The notes under the pieces are model-generated. The model made no database searches. It was not told the DNA's origin and saw nothing but the letters and a program-made list of their open reading frames with translations. A program made the translations under genes and the position numbers. From Candidatus Omnitrophota bacterium (GTDB taxonomy: Bacteria > Omnitrophota > Gorgyraeia > B26-G9), in NCBI GenBank assembly GCA_018817165.1, contig JAHITY010000015.1:36354-100353 (forward strand): 64,000 bases of DNA. The letters run 5' to 3'. Below, piece after piece: positions 51,891 through 61,041 of the stretch (position 1 is the first letter of the stretch; each line of letters opens with the position of its first letter).

Positions 51891-53036
51891 ATGAGCGATT
51901 CGATAATTATTATAGCTGGTGAGCCTTCTGCTGATATGCATGGCGCTGCTTTGGTAAAAGAACTTAAAAAGCACGATCCTGAATTAATGTTTTACGGCAT
52001 CGGCAGTAGCCTTATGCAAAAAGCTGGAGTAGAAATATTTACTGATCTGGCACAATATGCGGTTATCGGCTTTATTGAAGTTTTAAAACATTATCCGATT
52101 TTTAAAAAAGCGTTTGATTTAACTTTAGAAAAAATTCAGCAAATCAAACCTAAAGCTTTAATTTTAATTGATTATCCTGGATTTAATCTCCGGCTGGCAA
52201 AGAAAGTAAAACAATTATTTCCTGATATAAAAATAATTTATTATATTAGCCCGCAAGTCTGGGCCTGGGGTAAAAAAAGAATAAAATTAATTGAAAAAAT
52301 CGTAGATAAAATGCTGGTTGTTTTTGATTTTGAAGCTGAATTATATCAGGATAATGGCATTGAGGCTGAATTTGTCGGACATCCTCTAATGGAAAGCATT
52401 GTTTTATCTAAAAATAAAACTGAATTAATAAAATCAAAAAATTTAAAATTAACTGATACGATTATTGCCCTTTTGCCTGGATCAAGGCAAATTGAAGTAA
52501 AAAGACTATTACCCGTTATGCTCTCCAGTGCTGATAAATTACACAAACAGATGCCTGAGATTAAGTTTCTCCTGATCAAAGCTGCCAATATCAAAGAGCA
52601 AGCAATCGCCGCATATCTTAAAAATTATGCGCATTTACCCCTTAATATTATCTCAGAGCATAGCTATGATTTTATGAGCATTTGCTCATATGCCTGGGTT
52701 TGCTCCGGCACAGCCACTTTGGAAACAGCGATTATTGGTATTCCCATGCTGATTACCTATAAAACTAGCTGGCTTACTTGGTTAATGTCTAAAATACTGA
52801 TCAAGCTGCCGTATATTGGTTTGGTCAATATTGTTGCCAAAAAAAAGATTGTCCCTGAGTTTATTCAGGGACAATCTAATAAAAATAATATTGTTAATTG
52901 TACTGTTAATTTTTTAAACCAGGATTCCGATTTTAAACATCGCCAAAAACAAAAACTTTTAAGCATTAAAAACAAACTTGGCTCAGGCAATGTTAATCAA
53001 AATGCTGCTCAAGCTATAATAAAAACCATTCATTAA
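51891..53036 (+). CDS. lpxB: Lipid-A-disaccharide synthase
   Basis: AGEPSAD, IDYPGFN, SPQVWAW, FVGHP, LPGSR, SGTATLE. Confidence 0.97.
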   Translation: MSDSIIIIAGEPSADMHGAALVKELKKHDPELMFYGIGSSLMQKAGVEIFTDLAQYAVIGFIEVLKHYPIFKKAFDLTLEKIQQIKPKALILIDYPGFNLRLAKKVKQLFPDIKIIYYISPQVWAWGKKRIKLIEKIVDKMLVVFDFEAELYQDNGIEAEFVGHPLMESIVLSKNKTELIKSKNLKLTDTIIALLPGSRQIEVKRLLPVMLSSADKLHKQMPEIKFLLIKAANIKEQAIAAYLKNYAHLPLNIISEHSYDFMSICSYAWVCSGTATLETAIIGIPMLITYKTSWLTWLMSKILIKLPYIGLVNIVAKKKIVPEFIQGQSNKNNIVNCTVNFLNQDSDFKHRQKQKLLSIKNKLGSGNVNQNAAQAIIKTIH

Positions 53037-53413
53037 AGACCCCAGGTACCAGCCTCAACACCATTCTCATCCAAACTAATAGTTTGTAATGCATAAGGAC
53101 CGGTTAGTCGCGATGCTTGTATATTAAGCGGCCCAGTAGTAACAGTATAACTCCAAGAAGCATTAGTACCAGTATTGGGATTTTCCAAGCCAATAGCATT
53201 CCATTCAGCATCATTAGTTGGAGCAATAAAATCTCTGCGCTCAGCAGCATAACTTTGCTCAGCAGCCCTGATTGATTCTAAGGTTGCTCTAGCCTCACGC
53301 GCTCGCGCTCTTTCAACAGTATTAATATAATTAGGAATCGCAATACTGACTAAAATCGCAATAATCATAACTGTAAGCATTAATTCAATCAATGTAAACG
53401 CTTTTTTCTTCAT
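53033..53413 (-). CDS. Type IV pilin-like protein
   Basis: Class III signal KKKA|FTLIELM...IAIPNY. Confidence 0.9.
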   Translation of the reverse strand: MKKKAFTLIELMLTVMIIAILVSIAIPNYINTVERARAREARATLESIRAAEQSYAAERRDFIAPTNDAEWNAIGLENPNTGTNASWSYTVTTGPLNIQASRLTGPYALQTISLDENGVEAGTWGL

Positions 53414-53429
53414 AATCTCCTCCGATTAA

Positions 53430-54674
53430 TTACCCCGTTACTGCGGATGCTAATTTAAATATTGGCATAAACATAGCAACAACTAAAAATCCAACAAGGC
53501 CACCCATAAATACTAACATAAACGGTTCAATAAGCGCTGATAATCTTTCCACAACCATTGATATTCTTTCCTCGTAAAACACCGCCACATGCTTAAGCAT
53601 ATCAGAAAGCTCACCTGTTTCTTCTCCAACATTAACCATTAAAACAACCATCGGCGGGAAAATTCCGCATTGCTCCAAAGGCTCAGCAATTGATTTACCA
53701 TCACGAACACTATCCTTAACCATTTCTAAAGCGTCTTCAATAACTTTATTACCTACAGTTTTGGTAACAATTTCCAATGCGTATAGAATTGGAACACCAC
53801 TAGAAATCATCGTTCCTAAACCTCTGGCAAAATTAGCAATCGCGATATTTCTAAACAATGTACCAAAAACAGGCATCTTAAGCTTAAAATGATCAAAATA
53901 GAGCCTCCCCTTGGATGTTTTTAAAACTTTTTTTATAAAGAATATAATCCCTGGAGTTGCGATTATCATCAGTAAAGCATATTTACGCAAAAAATCACTA
54001 AGATCTACGACAAATTGAGTGGCTGAAGGAAGCGTTGCTCCAAACCCTGAAAACATATTAGCAAAAACCGGAACAATTTTCACTATAAATATTAAAATAC
54101 ATACCAAACAAACAACTAAAAGAATCGCTGGATAAGTTAGTGCTGAAACTACTTTTCTCTGCAATTCTCCTGAACTTTCAAAATACTGCGCTATTTGCTC
54201 AAGAACTGAAGGTAATTGTCCTGAAGCTTCACCTGTTCCCACCAGATTAACCCAAAAAGAAGAAAATACTTTAGGATGTTTATCTAAAGCATCTCGCAAA
54301 GTACTTCCACTTTGAATATCTTCTTTAATCTTCTCAACAGCATCACGTAAAGAAGCACTATCAATCTGTTTAGCTAATACAGATAAACTTCTTAACAAAG
54401 GAACTCCAGCATTAAGTAAAGTTCCCAACTGCCTGGCGAAAATACATAAATCGTCAACTTTAACTTTTCGAGAAAGCGCAATACTTTTCCCAAATTTAAG
54501 ATTTAAACTCTTTAATTTTTGTTTTACGACAATTTCCTGAACTGAAGTTATCAATAATGCTCTGCGTTGAAGTATTTCTATGACTTCATTCTGGGTCTCA
54601 GCAATCATTGTACCCTGGACTAAATTACCTTCCGAGTCTCTTGCTTTATATAAAAAATCCGGCATTCTAGTCAA
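53430..54674 (-). CDS. pilC: Type II secretion F / PilC platform protein
   Basis: FARQLGTLLNAGVP, GEASGQL, ALTYP, GEETGEL, IEP; start 54674 (TTG) or 54665 (ATG). Confidence 0.93.
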   Translation of the reverse strand: MTRMPDFLYKARDSEGNLVQGTMIAETQNEVIEILQRRALLITSVQEIVVKQKLKSLNLKFGKSIALSRKVKVDDLCIFARQLGTLLNAGVPLLRSLSVLAKQIDSASLRDAVEKIKEDIQSGSTLRDALDKHPKVFSSFWVNLVGTGEASGQLPSVLEQIAQYFESSGELQRKVVSALTYPAILLVVCLVCILIFIVKIVPVFANMFSGFGATLPSATQFVVDLSDFLRKYALLMIIATPGIIFFIKKVLKTSKGRLYFDHFKLKMPVFGTLFRNIAIANFARGLGTMISSGVPILYALEIVTKTVGNKVIEDALEMVKDSVRDGKSIAEPLEQCGIFPPMVVLMVNVGEETGELSDMLKHVAVFYEERISMVVERLSALIEPFMLVFMGGLVGFLVVAMFMPIFKLASAVTG

Positions 54675-54785
54675 TATCTCCTAAAAATTTAATTGCTACA
54701 GAATTATAATTGTTTCCTAACTAAAATTTAATTATATTAATAAGTATACCATATGTTTGGCATTTAGGCTGGCGTTAAAGATTAT

Positions 54786-56489
54786 TTAATCAGAAACAGT
54801 AACTGCAACTACTTCCTCAAGAGTGGTGATTCCTTGTTTCATTTTCTCAATGCCACATTGATATAAACTTCTCATTCCAATAGCTTCCGCTCTTTTTCTG
54901 ATTTCATCACTTGATTTGCGGTAATAAATCATATTTCTGATTTCCTCACTAATTTGAAGAAGTTCATATATTCCAATTCTGCCTTTAAATCCGGTAAAGC
55001 GGCATTCTTCACAGCCTTGAGATTCAAAAATAGTATCTCCTGGCTCCAAATTCAAGTCTTTATATTTCACACCAGGATTTTCTAAAGGCTGCTTACATTT
55101 ATCACACAATCTACGAATTAATCTCTGGGCAACGACCAGTCTTAGCGAAGAAACAAGCAAAAAAGGTTCAATTCCAATATCCATAATTCTAGTTACCGCA
55201 GTAGGCGCATCATTAGTATGTAAAGTACTTAAAACCAAATGACCGGTTAATGCCGCCCGAATACACATTTGAGCTGTCTCTAAGTCTCTGACTTCTCCCA
55301 CCATAATAACATCGGGATCTTGCCTTAAAAAAGCGCGAAGAGTATTAGCAAAATTAAGACCGATAAGCGGTTTAACCTGCACTTGATTGATCCCATCAAG
55401 TTTATATTCAACAGGATCCTCACAAGTAATAATATTTTTTCGCGGACTTTTAATCGCATTGAGCATTGTATATAATGAGGTAGATTTTCCTGATCCAGTC
55501 GGTCCGGTTACAAAAATCATTCCATATGGTTTAAAAATTTCTCTGCGTAGCAGTTTTAAGTCACGAGCATCAAACCCTAAGTATTTAAATTCTAAAGGCA
55601 ATTTTGCTTGATCAAGTAAACGCATAACTATTTTTTCGCCAAATATAGCCGGGATACTATTTACCCGAACATCAATAATTTTTTCACCAAAGGCAATAGA
55701 AAATCCTCCATCCTGAGGAAGTCTACGTTCAGCAATATCCATTTTAGCTAAAATTTTAATACGGGAAATAATCGCAAAATACATTTTTTTATCAGGCGAG
55801 TTTGCGTCATAAAGCACGCCGTCTATTCGGTACCTTAAACTCACTCTTTCTTCAAAATGTTCAATATGTATATCCGAGGCTCCCTGTTCAATAGCGTCAC
55901 TTAAAATAAGATCAACAAACTTAACAACTGGCGCGGCATCTGCTTCAGAAACAACATCACGCACATCTGTTTCTTTTATATCACGATTATCATCCCCATC
56001 CATTAAAATAAATTTTTCCTGGATGTTTTTCTTCTCCATGTCTTTACTTTTATAGAAATCATTGATTGCTTTATCCATGTCGCTGCTTGTAGTCACAACA
56101 ACATTAACATCACATCCAGCCATTTTCATAACATCATCAATAGTCATAATATCCAATGGATCAACCATGGCGATAGTGATAGTATTACTGTGTTTGGACA
56201 ATGGAAGCATTCGATGATATCTAGCGTAATCTTCAGGAATTAATTTTTCAAGCTCTTGATGTAAATTAGGACGCAATAAACCTTTTTCGATTGAAGCAAA
56301 TAAAATTCCCATCTGTTTGGAAAGCGCTCCGGCAATATCTTTTTCCGAGACAAATTTCTTTTGAATTAAAATCTCTCCCAGCTTAACTCCAGTTTCCTTC
56401 TGCTCGTCTAAAACAGCGAGTAATTGCTCTTCAGAAAGCAACCCTTGTTTAATTAAAATATCACCTAATTTTAAATTTGATTTAATCAT
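54786..56489 (-). CDS. pilB: PilB/GspE assembly ATPase with N-terminal MshEN-like domain
   Basis: ASDIH, ERRLPQDG, GPTGSGKS, LRQDPD, STLHTN, tetracysteine zinc motif. Confidence 0.94.
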   Translation of the reverse strand: MIKSNLKLGDILIKQGLLSEEQLLAVLDEQKETGVKLGEILIQKKFVSEKDIAGALSKQMGILFASIEKGLLRPNLHQELEKLIPEDYARYHRMLPLSKHSNTITIAMVDPLDIMTIDDVMKMAGCDVNVVVTTSSDMDKAINDFYKSKDMEKKNIQEKFILMDGDDNRDIKETDVRDVVSEADAAPVVKFVDLILSDAIEQGASDIHIEHFEERVSLRYRIDGVLYDANSPDKKMYFAIISRIKILAKMDIAERRLPQDGGFSIAFGEKIIDVRVNSIPAIFGEKIVMRLLDQAKLPLEFKYLGFDARDLKLLRREIFKPYGMIFVTGPTGSGKSTSLYTMLNAIKSPRKNIITCEDPVEYKLDGINQVQVKPLIGLNFANTLRAFLRQDPDVIMVGEVRDLETAQMCIRAALTGHLVLSTLHTNDAPTAVTRIMDIGIEPFLLVSSLRLVVAQRLIRRLCDKCKQPLENPGVKYKDLNLEPGDTIFESQGCEECRFTGFKGRIGIYELLQISEEIRNMIYYRKSSDEIRKRAEAIGMRSLYQCGIEKMKQGITTLEEVVAVTVSD

Positions 56490-56511
56490 AATTTCACCTA
56501 TATAAGATTCC

Positions 56512-58179
56512 CTATTTAACCAGATCTACTGTACTTAAACTTGAGCTCTGGACAGTCAGATCAATACTGGGATCCAAAACATCTTCCTGCTCTCTAAATG
56601 GCATTCCTTTTAACATATCATCCGTCGCTGCGGAAGTCTTTTTTTGATCAATAATTTTATCTTTAGTGCCAAGAGTTTCTTTATTTTCAGCTTTATTATC
56701 TACATTTAGTTCTGGTTTAGCCTGAGGACTTGCAGCTACTCCCTTATTAAAACTATCACTCATCCACATTTCTACTTTTTCTGATGGATTTACGATTCTC
56801 GGAGTAACAAAAATCAATAATTCTTTATCAATCCGATCATTACTAGTATGTCTAAACAAAGCGCCAAACAATGGTAAATCCCCTAACCACGGTACTTTTG
56901 TCTTTGATTCCTGATCTTCTGTAGTAATAAATCCGCCGATTGCTATAGTCTCGCCATCACGTGACATAACAACAGTGCGCATGCTCCGTGAGTGCGGATC
57001 AACAAATTGACCATCAGCATTTCCAAAAACAGAAGCAACCGGACGGGAAATACTTGGCTCCAAAAGAATTGAGACAAAACCTTCTTCCGCATTAATAATC
57101 GGAACTAAGCGCAGGATTGTCCCCACTTCCATTCTTTCTACTTTTGTTGTTGTATCCCCTGTATCTTTATCAGTCGTAGTTTGCACAGAAACTATTTGAT
57201 CAGCCGTAACTTTAATTTCCGCCCATTCCCGATCCTGAACTAAAATTCTTGGTTTAGCTAAAAATTTTGTATTTGAGTCTGTCTGGAGCATCTCCATCAC
57301 CCAGTTCATTGCCGTTGATGATAAAAGTCCGTAATTAAAAAAGGCACTATTCTTTAGAGGCGAATTAACCACCGAAAAACCCGGAGCGCTACGATCACGC
57401 ATTCCGCTAAAAGGAAAACTGGTTATTGTTTCTGGCCCCGAAAAAGACATCATCTCTTTGCCCCATTTCATCCCGATATCTTTTAAATAATTAGATGTTG
57501 TTTCAATTAACTCAACTTCAAGCATAACCTCTGCTATGGGACGATCAATTTCACCAATAACCTGATCAATAAGTTTAAACCTATCCGGAACATCAGTAAT
57601 AATTAATATATTAGTATAATCAATAACAACTCCAAATTCACTGAGCAAAGGTTTAATAATTCCTGCCCAGCCCCCAGCGCTGGCGGTTTTCTCCTCACGA
57701 GCTTTCCCACTACTCTTAGCTAAAAGATATTGCCCAGGAGAAACATTGCCATGATAATACCTTATTTTATAGACTCGAGTAATGGTTTGAATTGGAAGTG
57801 TCGGCTTAGCATTAACAATTAAAATATTGCTCCCCGGATTTTGTTGCAGTCCGAGATTATTCGCGTCTAAAAGAGTTTTTAGCGCATCTTCGACTAAAAC
57901 ATCATTCATATAAAGCGTAATTGCTCTATCCTCTATATTTTTTGCGGCTACAAAGTTTAATCCTGATTGTTGAGAAAAGACTTTTAATACATCCTTTAGA
58001 TCCGCATCTTTAAAATCCAGCGAAACCAAGCCAGTATCATCAGCCTCCGCAATCTCTAAATCATCCTCTATCGCATACTCCGTCTGAGCTTGGGCAAAAA
58101 CAAAACTAGGTTGATCGATACTCATCAAAAAAGCTAAATTCAGCCACAACATAATCAGTATCGCAAAAATCCTTTTCAT
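56512..58179 (-). CDS. Secretin (PilQ/GspD family)
   Basis: SLDFKDADL N0 domain; GETIAIGG, KVPWLGDLPLFGALF, ELLIFVTPRIV; start at MKRIF (58179) after AGGAG. Confidence 0.92.
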   Translation of the reverse strand: MKRIFAILIMLWLNLAFLMSIDQPSFVFAQAQTEYAIEDDLEIAEADDTGLVSLDFKDADLKDVLKVFSQQSGLNFVAAKNIEDRAITLYMNDVLVEDALKTLLDANNLGLQQNPGSNILIVNAKPTLPIQTITRVYKIRYYHGNVSPGQYLLAKSSGKAREEKTASAGGWAGIIKPLLSEFGVVIDYTNILIITDVPDRFKLIDQVIGEIDRPIAEVMLEVELIETTSNYLKDIGMKWGKEMMSFSGPETITSFPFSGMRDRSAPGFSVVNSPLKNSAFFNYGLLSSTAMNWVMEMLQTDSNTKFLAKPRILVQDREWAEIKVTADQIVSVQTTTDKDTGDTTTKVERMEVGTILRLVPIINAEEGFVSILLEPSISRPVASVFGNADGQFVDPHSRSMRTVVMSRDGETIAIGGFITTEDQESKTKVPWLGDLPLFGALFRHTSNDRIDKELLIFVTPRIVNPSEKVEMWMSDSFNKGVAASPQAKPELNVDNKAENKETLGTKDKIIDQKKTSAATDDMLKGMPFREQEDVLDPSIDLTVQSSSLSTVDLVK

Positions 58180-58189
58180 TTCTAGCTCC

Positions 58190-58735
58190 TTATCTTTTTT
58201 TCTTTTGGTTCTTTTGGTTCTTTGGCCTTTCATAGCCCAGCATTTTTATAAAATAATTATCCCCTTTATAAAATAGAATTATACCTGTTCGCTGAATTTC
58301 TTTTATCTCAAACTCATCAATAAACTCTCCCACATTCATTACCCCACCGTTTATAATAACCTGAGGGACTTTTTTTGAGAAAATAATTCCCTGTAAATCT
58401 ATTTTAGGCACCGACACATTTGCCAATGGTTCAAATCCCGCAAGTTGATCCGGCTTTTCCAGCATCTTACTAACCTCTGATGGAGGACAAAAAGGATCTC
58501 GCTTAGAATCAAACCCAGAATATTTAATTTCGCTTCTCAATTTATTTTTATTTTTTCTAACTGCGGGCGCTTTATTAACATCATCAATAGCACCTTTAGC
58601 GCTGTTTTTTTTAGTCCCAGTTTTTGAAGAAACAGTTTTTTTAGAAATATGTTTTTTAGCCGGAGCGCAATAACAATACTCACTGCTAAAAATAATTATG
58701 CCCATCGCTAATACTAATAATATTTTCTTTAGCAT
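58190..58735 (-). CDS. PilP-like protein
   Basis: Signal peptide, RDPF motif, LQGI..VIING..VGE beta domain; operon position. Confidence 0.7.
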   Translation of the reverse strand: MLKKILLVLAMGIIIFSSEYCYCAPAKKHISKKTVSSKTGTKKNSAKGAIDDVNKAPAVRKNKNKLRSEIKYSGFDSKRDPFCPPSEVSKMLEKPDQLAGFEPLANVSVPKIDLQGIIFSKKVPQVIINGGVMNVGEFIDEFEIKEIQRTGIILFYKGDNYFIKMLGYERPKNQKNQKKKR

Positions 58736-59271
58736 TATCTCTCCAAAATAGTATCTGTTAAAACAAAAGTTGAAAGACTAATTTTGGCATTAATTCTCGG
58801 AGCTTTCGCGTTTTCTTTTTCATTAATTGGAATCATTTCGAGCTTTTCAATTGTCACAAAAATTTCCGCTGACTCAAGTTTGCTCATAAAAATACCCACC
58901 TCATGATAAGTCGCATCCAATTCAAGATTCACGCCTAGCTTGACAAACTCCTCTCGCTTCTCAACAGGAACAGCGGATATAGAAGTAATTTTTAGATTAA
59001 TCTGTCCAGACATTTTTGCGATTTCAGCTAAAAAACGTGAACTTTCACTGATAGCTGCTAGGCCTTCCTTTAGTTTTTTCAAGTTACTTAATTGCACGGC
59101 AATTCTATTTTCGAGCTCCACCCTTTGACGCATTTTTCTAATCTTCATTATTTTAGTATTATGATAATTGAAAATTGCACGCCCCCCCACAAAAACTAAG
59201 ACCACAAAAATTATCATTCCGATAATAAACACTTGTTGAATTTCACGTGGAATAATTTTTTTAATAGCCAT
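58735..59271 (-). CDS. PilO-like protein
   Basis: TM, coiled coil, ATYHEVGIFMSKLE motif; operon position. Confidence 0.8.
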   Translation of the reverse strand: MAIKKIIPREIQQVFIIGMIIFVVLVFVGGRAIFNYHNTKIMKIRKMRQRVELENRIAVQLSNLKKLKEGLAAISESSRFLAEIAKMSGQINLKITSISAVPVEKREEFVKLGVNLELDATYHEVGIFMSKLESAEIFVTIEKLEMIPINEKENAKAPRINAKISLSTFVLTDTILER

Positions 59272-59275
59272 GCCG

Positions 59276-60928
59276 TTAATTTTCTCCAGCTTTAGAAAAA
59301 CATGTCATTTCAAAAGACATAACAGGTATACCAAAATAAGCTTCTCTCGAAACAGATCCAGTTTTTATTACCTTAAAATCACTAAAGAACAAATCCTCCA
59401 CTTTTAAGGCTTCGGTGAAATCATTTACAATTTCAATTTCCATACCTTTTTGTTCAGAATAAACAAACCCTTTCAACGATAGCTCTAGACTACGATCTAA
59501 GTAATTTCGATCTTTCGTTGATAATCCAAAATAAAGTTTATTAATCCAGATTCCTGGAGAAATTATTTTTGTCAAAGCACCCATTTTATCTGTTACAATA
59601 AATCTATCTGTAACAATTTTATCATACGCGCCAATTCTCTTTTTTATTTCCAGCTCACCTGTTTTTAGCTGATCTTCACTAAAACTACTCAAATCCATGA
59701 ATTTTGGCGCTGATCTTTTTTCCTGATCCAGTAAATTATTTTCTTTGGAAATAAAGAACGAAGAAACAAGAAACATAATAACAAAACAAGCTAAAAGCGC
59801 ACCTAAACCAAAAACTATCATCTTTATAGTAAGCACTTTAGCTTTTAAGCTAGTCTTTTTTCTTGCCCTAAACAAATCGATTTCTACAGTAGATTTGGTC
59901 AAATTTCTTAAAGCCGCGCCAATAGTAACTGCAAGCATTGGGAAAGTATACGGTAATGGTTTAGCCTTAGGACTAATAATATTTTTTAATGGATCCACTG
60001 TTTTAACTGAGATATTGAATTGTTTTTCTAAAAAAACACTCAATGGACAAGGATTATCCGGTTGATCTTGAGCCGCCTTACTCACTACTTCTAAATCATC
60101 GAAATCATCAACTTCGCCACACAAAATTATTTTACTGACCCTTTCCTTGCCTAATTCTTTTTTATAATATTCAAAGGAAATCTTCAATTCACTGATCATG
60201 TTTTCCAGAGTTGTAACTCGATTGTCCGCAGAACTAATTTTTCCACCCAATAAGAATTCAGCGGTTTCATCATCGATCCATTCTTCTTTTTTAGCCAAAG
60301 AAATATCTCGGACAAAATAAGGGATGCTATTTCTCAAGATTATAATGTTTATTCTTTGGGCATAAAGGTATAAAACCGCATTAGACTTATCTTTTTCTAT
60401 ATCTCCGGAATGCTCTAAAAGACGCAATAAGGCAAAAGAAGCGGTTTCAACAGCAGTGGGCTGGATATCAACTTTGTGGAGGATAGTCAGATGATTTTTT
60501 ATTGACTCTTCTTTTGTGACCAATGAAAGGATTCCCAGCTTTTTCTTTTCCTGGTCTTCCTTTAATATATAGAAACCGGTTACAGCCTCTTCCAATCGGA
60601 AAGGAATATATTTTCTTGCTTCAAATCTTACAGCCTCTTCCAGTTCTTCCGCGCTGATTCTTGGCATTTGAAAATAACGTAATAATACCATACCCGGCAT
60701 TAATACTGTATTAACTCTTTTAAGATCTATTTTTGATTTGTTGACTGCCTTCTTAAGCGCAGAAAGAATAAGCGCTTCTTTATCAGCTGAATCTGATTGT
60801 TCACCATCAAATATATCAATGTGAACAAAATTGGTGAGCTGTATTTTGCCAGCGATTGATTTCATCTGGGCAATTTGTACAGTTTTAGGACCTATGTATA
60901 AACCTACAGTAGTTCTAAAAAAAGCCAT
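59276..60928 (-). CDS. Fused PilM-PilN alignment protein
   Basis: Actin-like PilM (VGLYIG, EARKYIPF, ILCG, IGAALR), then IDLF, a TM and a PilN-like domain (IWINKL, LKG). Confidence 0.85.
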   Translation of the reverse strand: MAFFRTTVGLYIGPKTVQIAQMKSIAGKIQLTNFVHIDIFDGEQSDSADKEALILSALKKAVNKSKIDLKRVNTVLMPGMVLLRYFQMPRISAEELEEAVRFEARKYIPFRLEEAVTGFYILKEDQEKKKLGILSLVTKEESIKNHLTILHKVDIQPTAVETASFALLRLLEHSGDIEKDKSNAVLYLYAQRINIIILRNSIPYFVRDISLAKKEEWIDDETAEFLLGGKISSADNRVTTLENMISELKISFEYYKKELGKERVSKIILCGEVDDFDDLEVVSKAAQDQPDNPCPLSVFLEKQFNISVKTVDPLKNIISPKAKPLPYTFPMLAVTIGAALRNLTKSTVEIDLFRARKKTSLKAKVLTIKMIVFGLGALLACFVIMFLVSSFFISKENNLLDQEKRSAPKFMDLSSFSEDQLKTGELEIKKRIGAYDKIVTDRFIVTDKMGALTKIISPGIWINKLYFGLSTKDRNYLDRSLELSLKGFVYSEQKGMEIEIVNDFTEALKVEDLFFSDFKVIKTGSVSREAYFGIPVMSFEMTCFSKAGEN

Positions 60929-60993
60929 AATTTAAATCCGTTTATGTTTGTGAAAATCCATTTCACCTCTTTACAATATTTCCTATTACAATA

Positions 60994-61022
60994 ATTTTAT
61001 TATAAACGAAATTATATGTCAA
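60994..61022 (-). promoter_or_regulatory. sigma70 promoter of the pilus operon
   Basis: TTGACA-17-TAAAAT. Confidence 0.65.
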
Positions 61023-61041
61023 GCTATTTTTAGCAGTTAGA

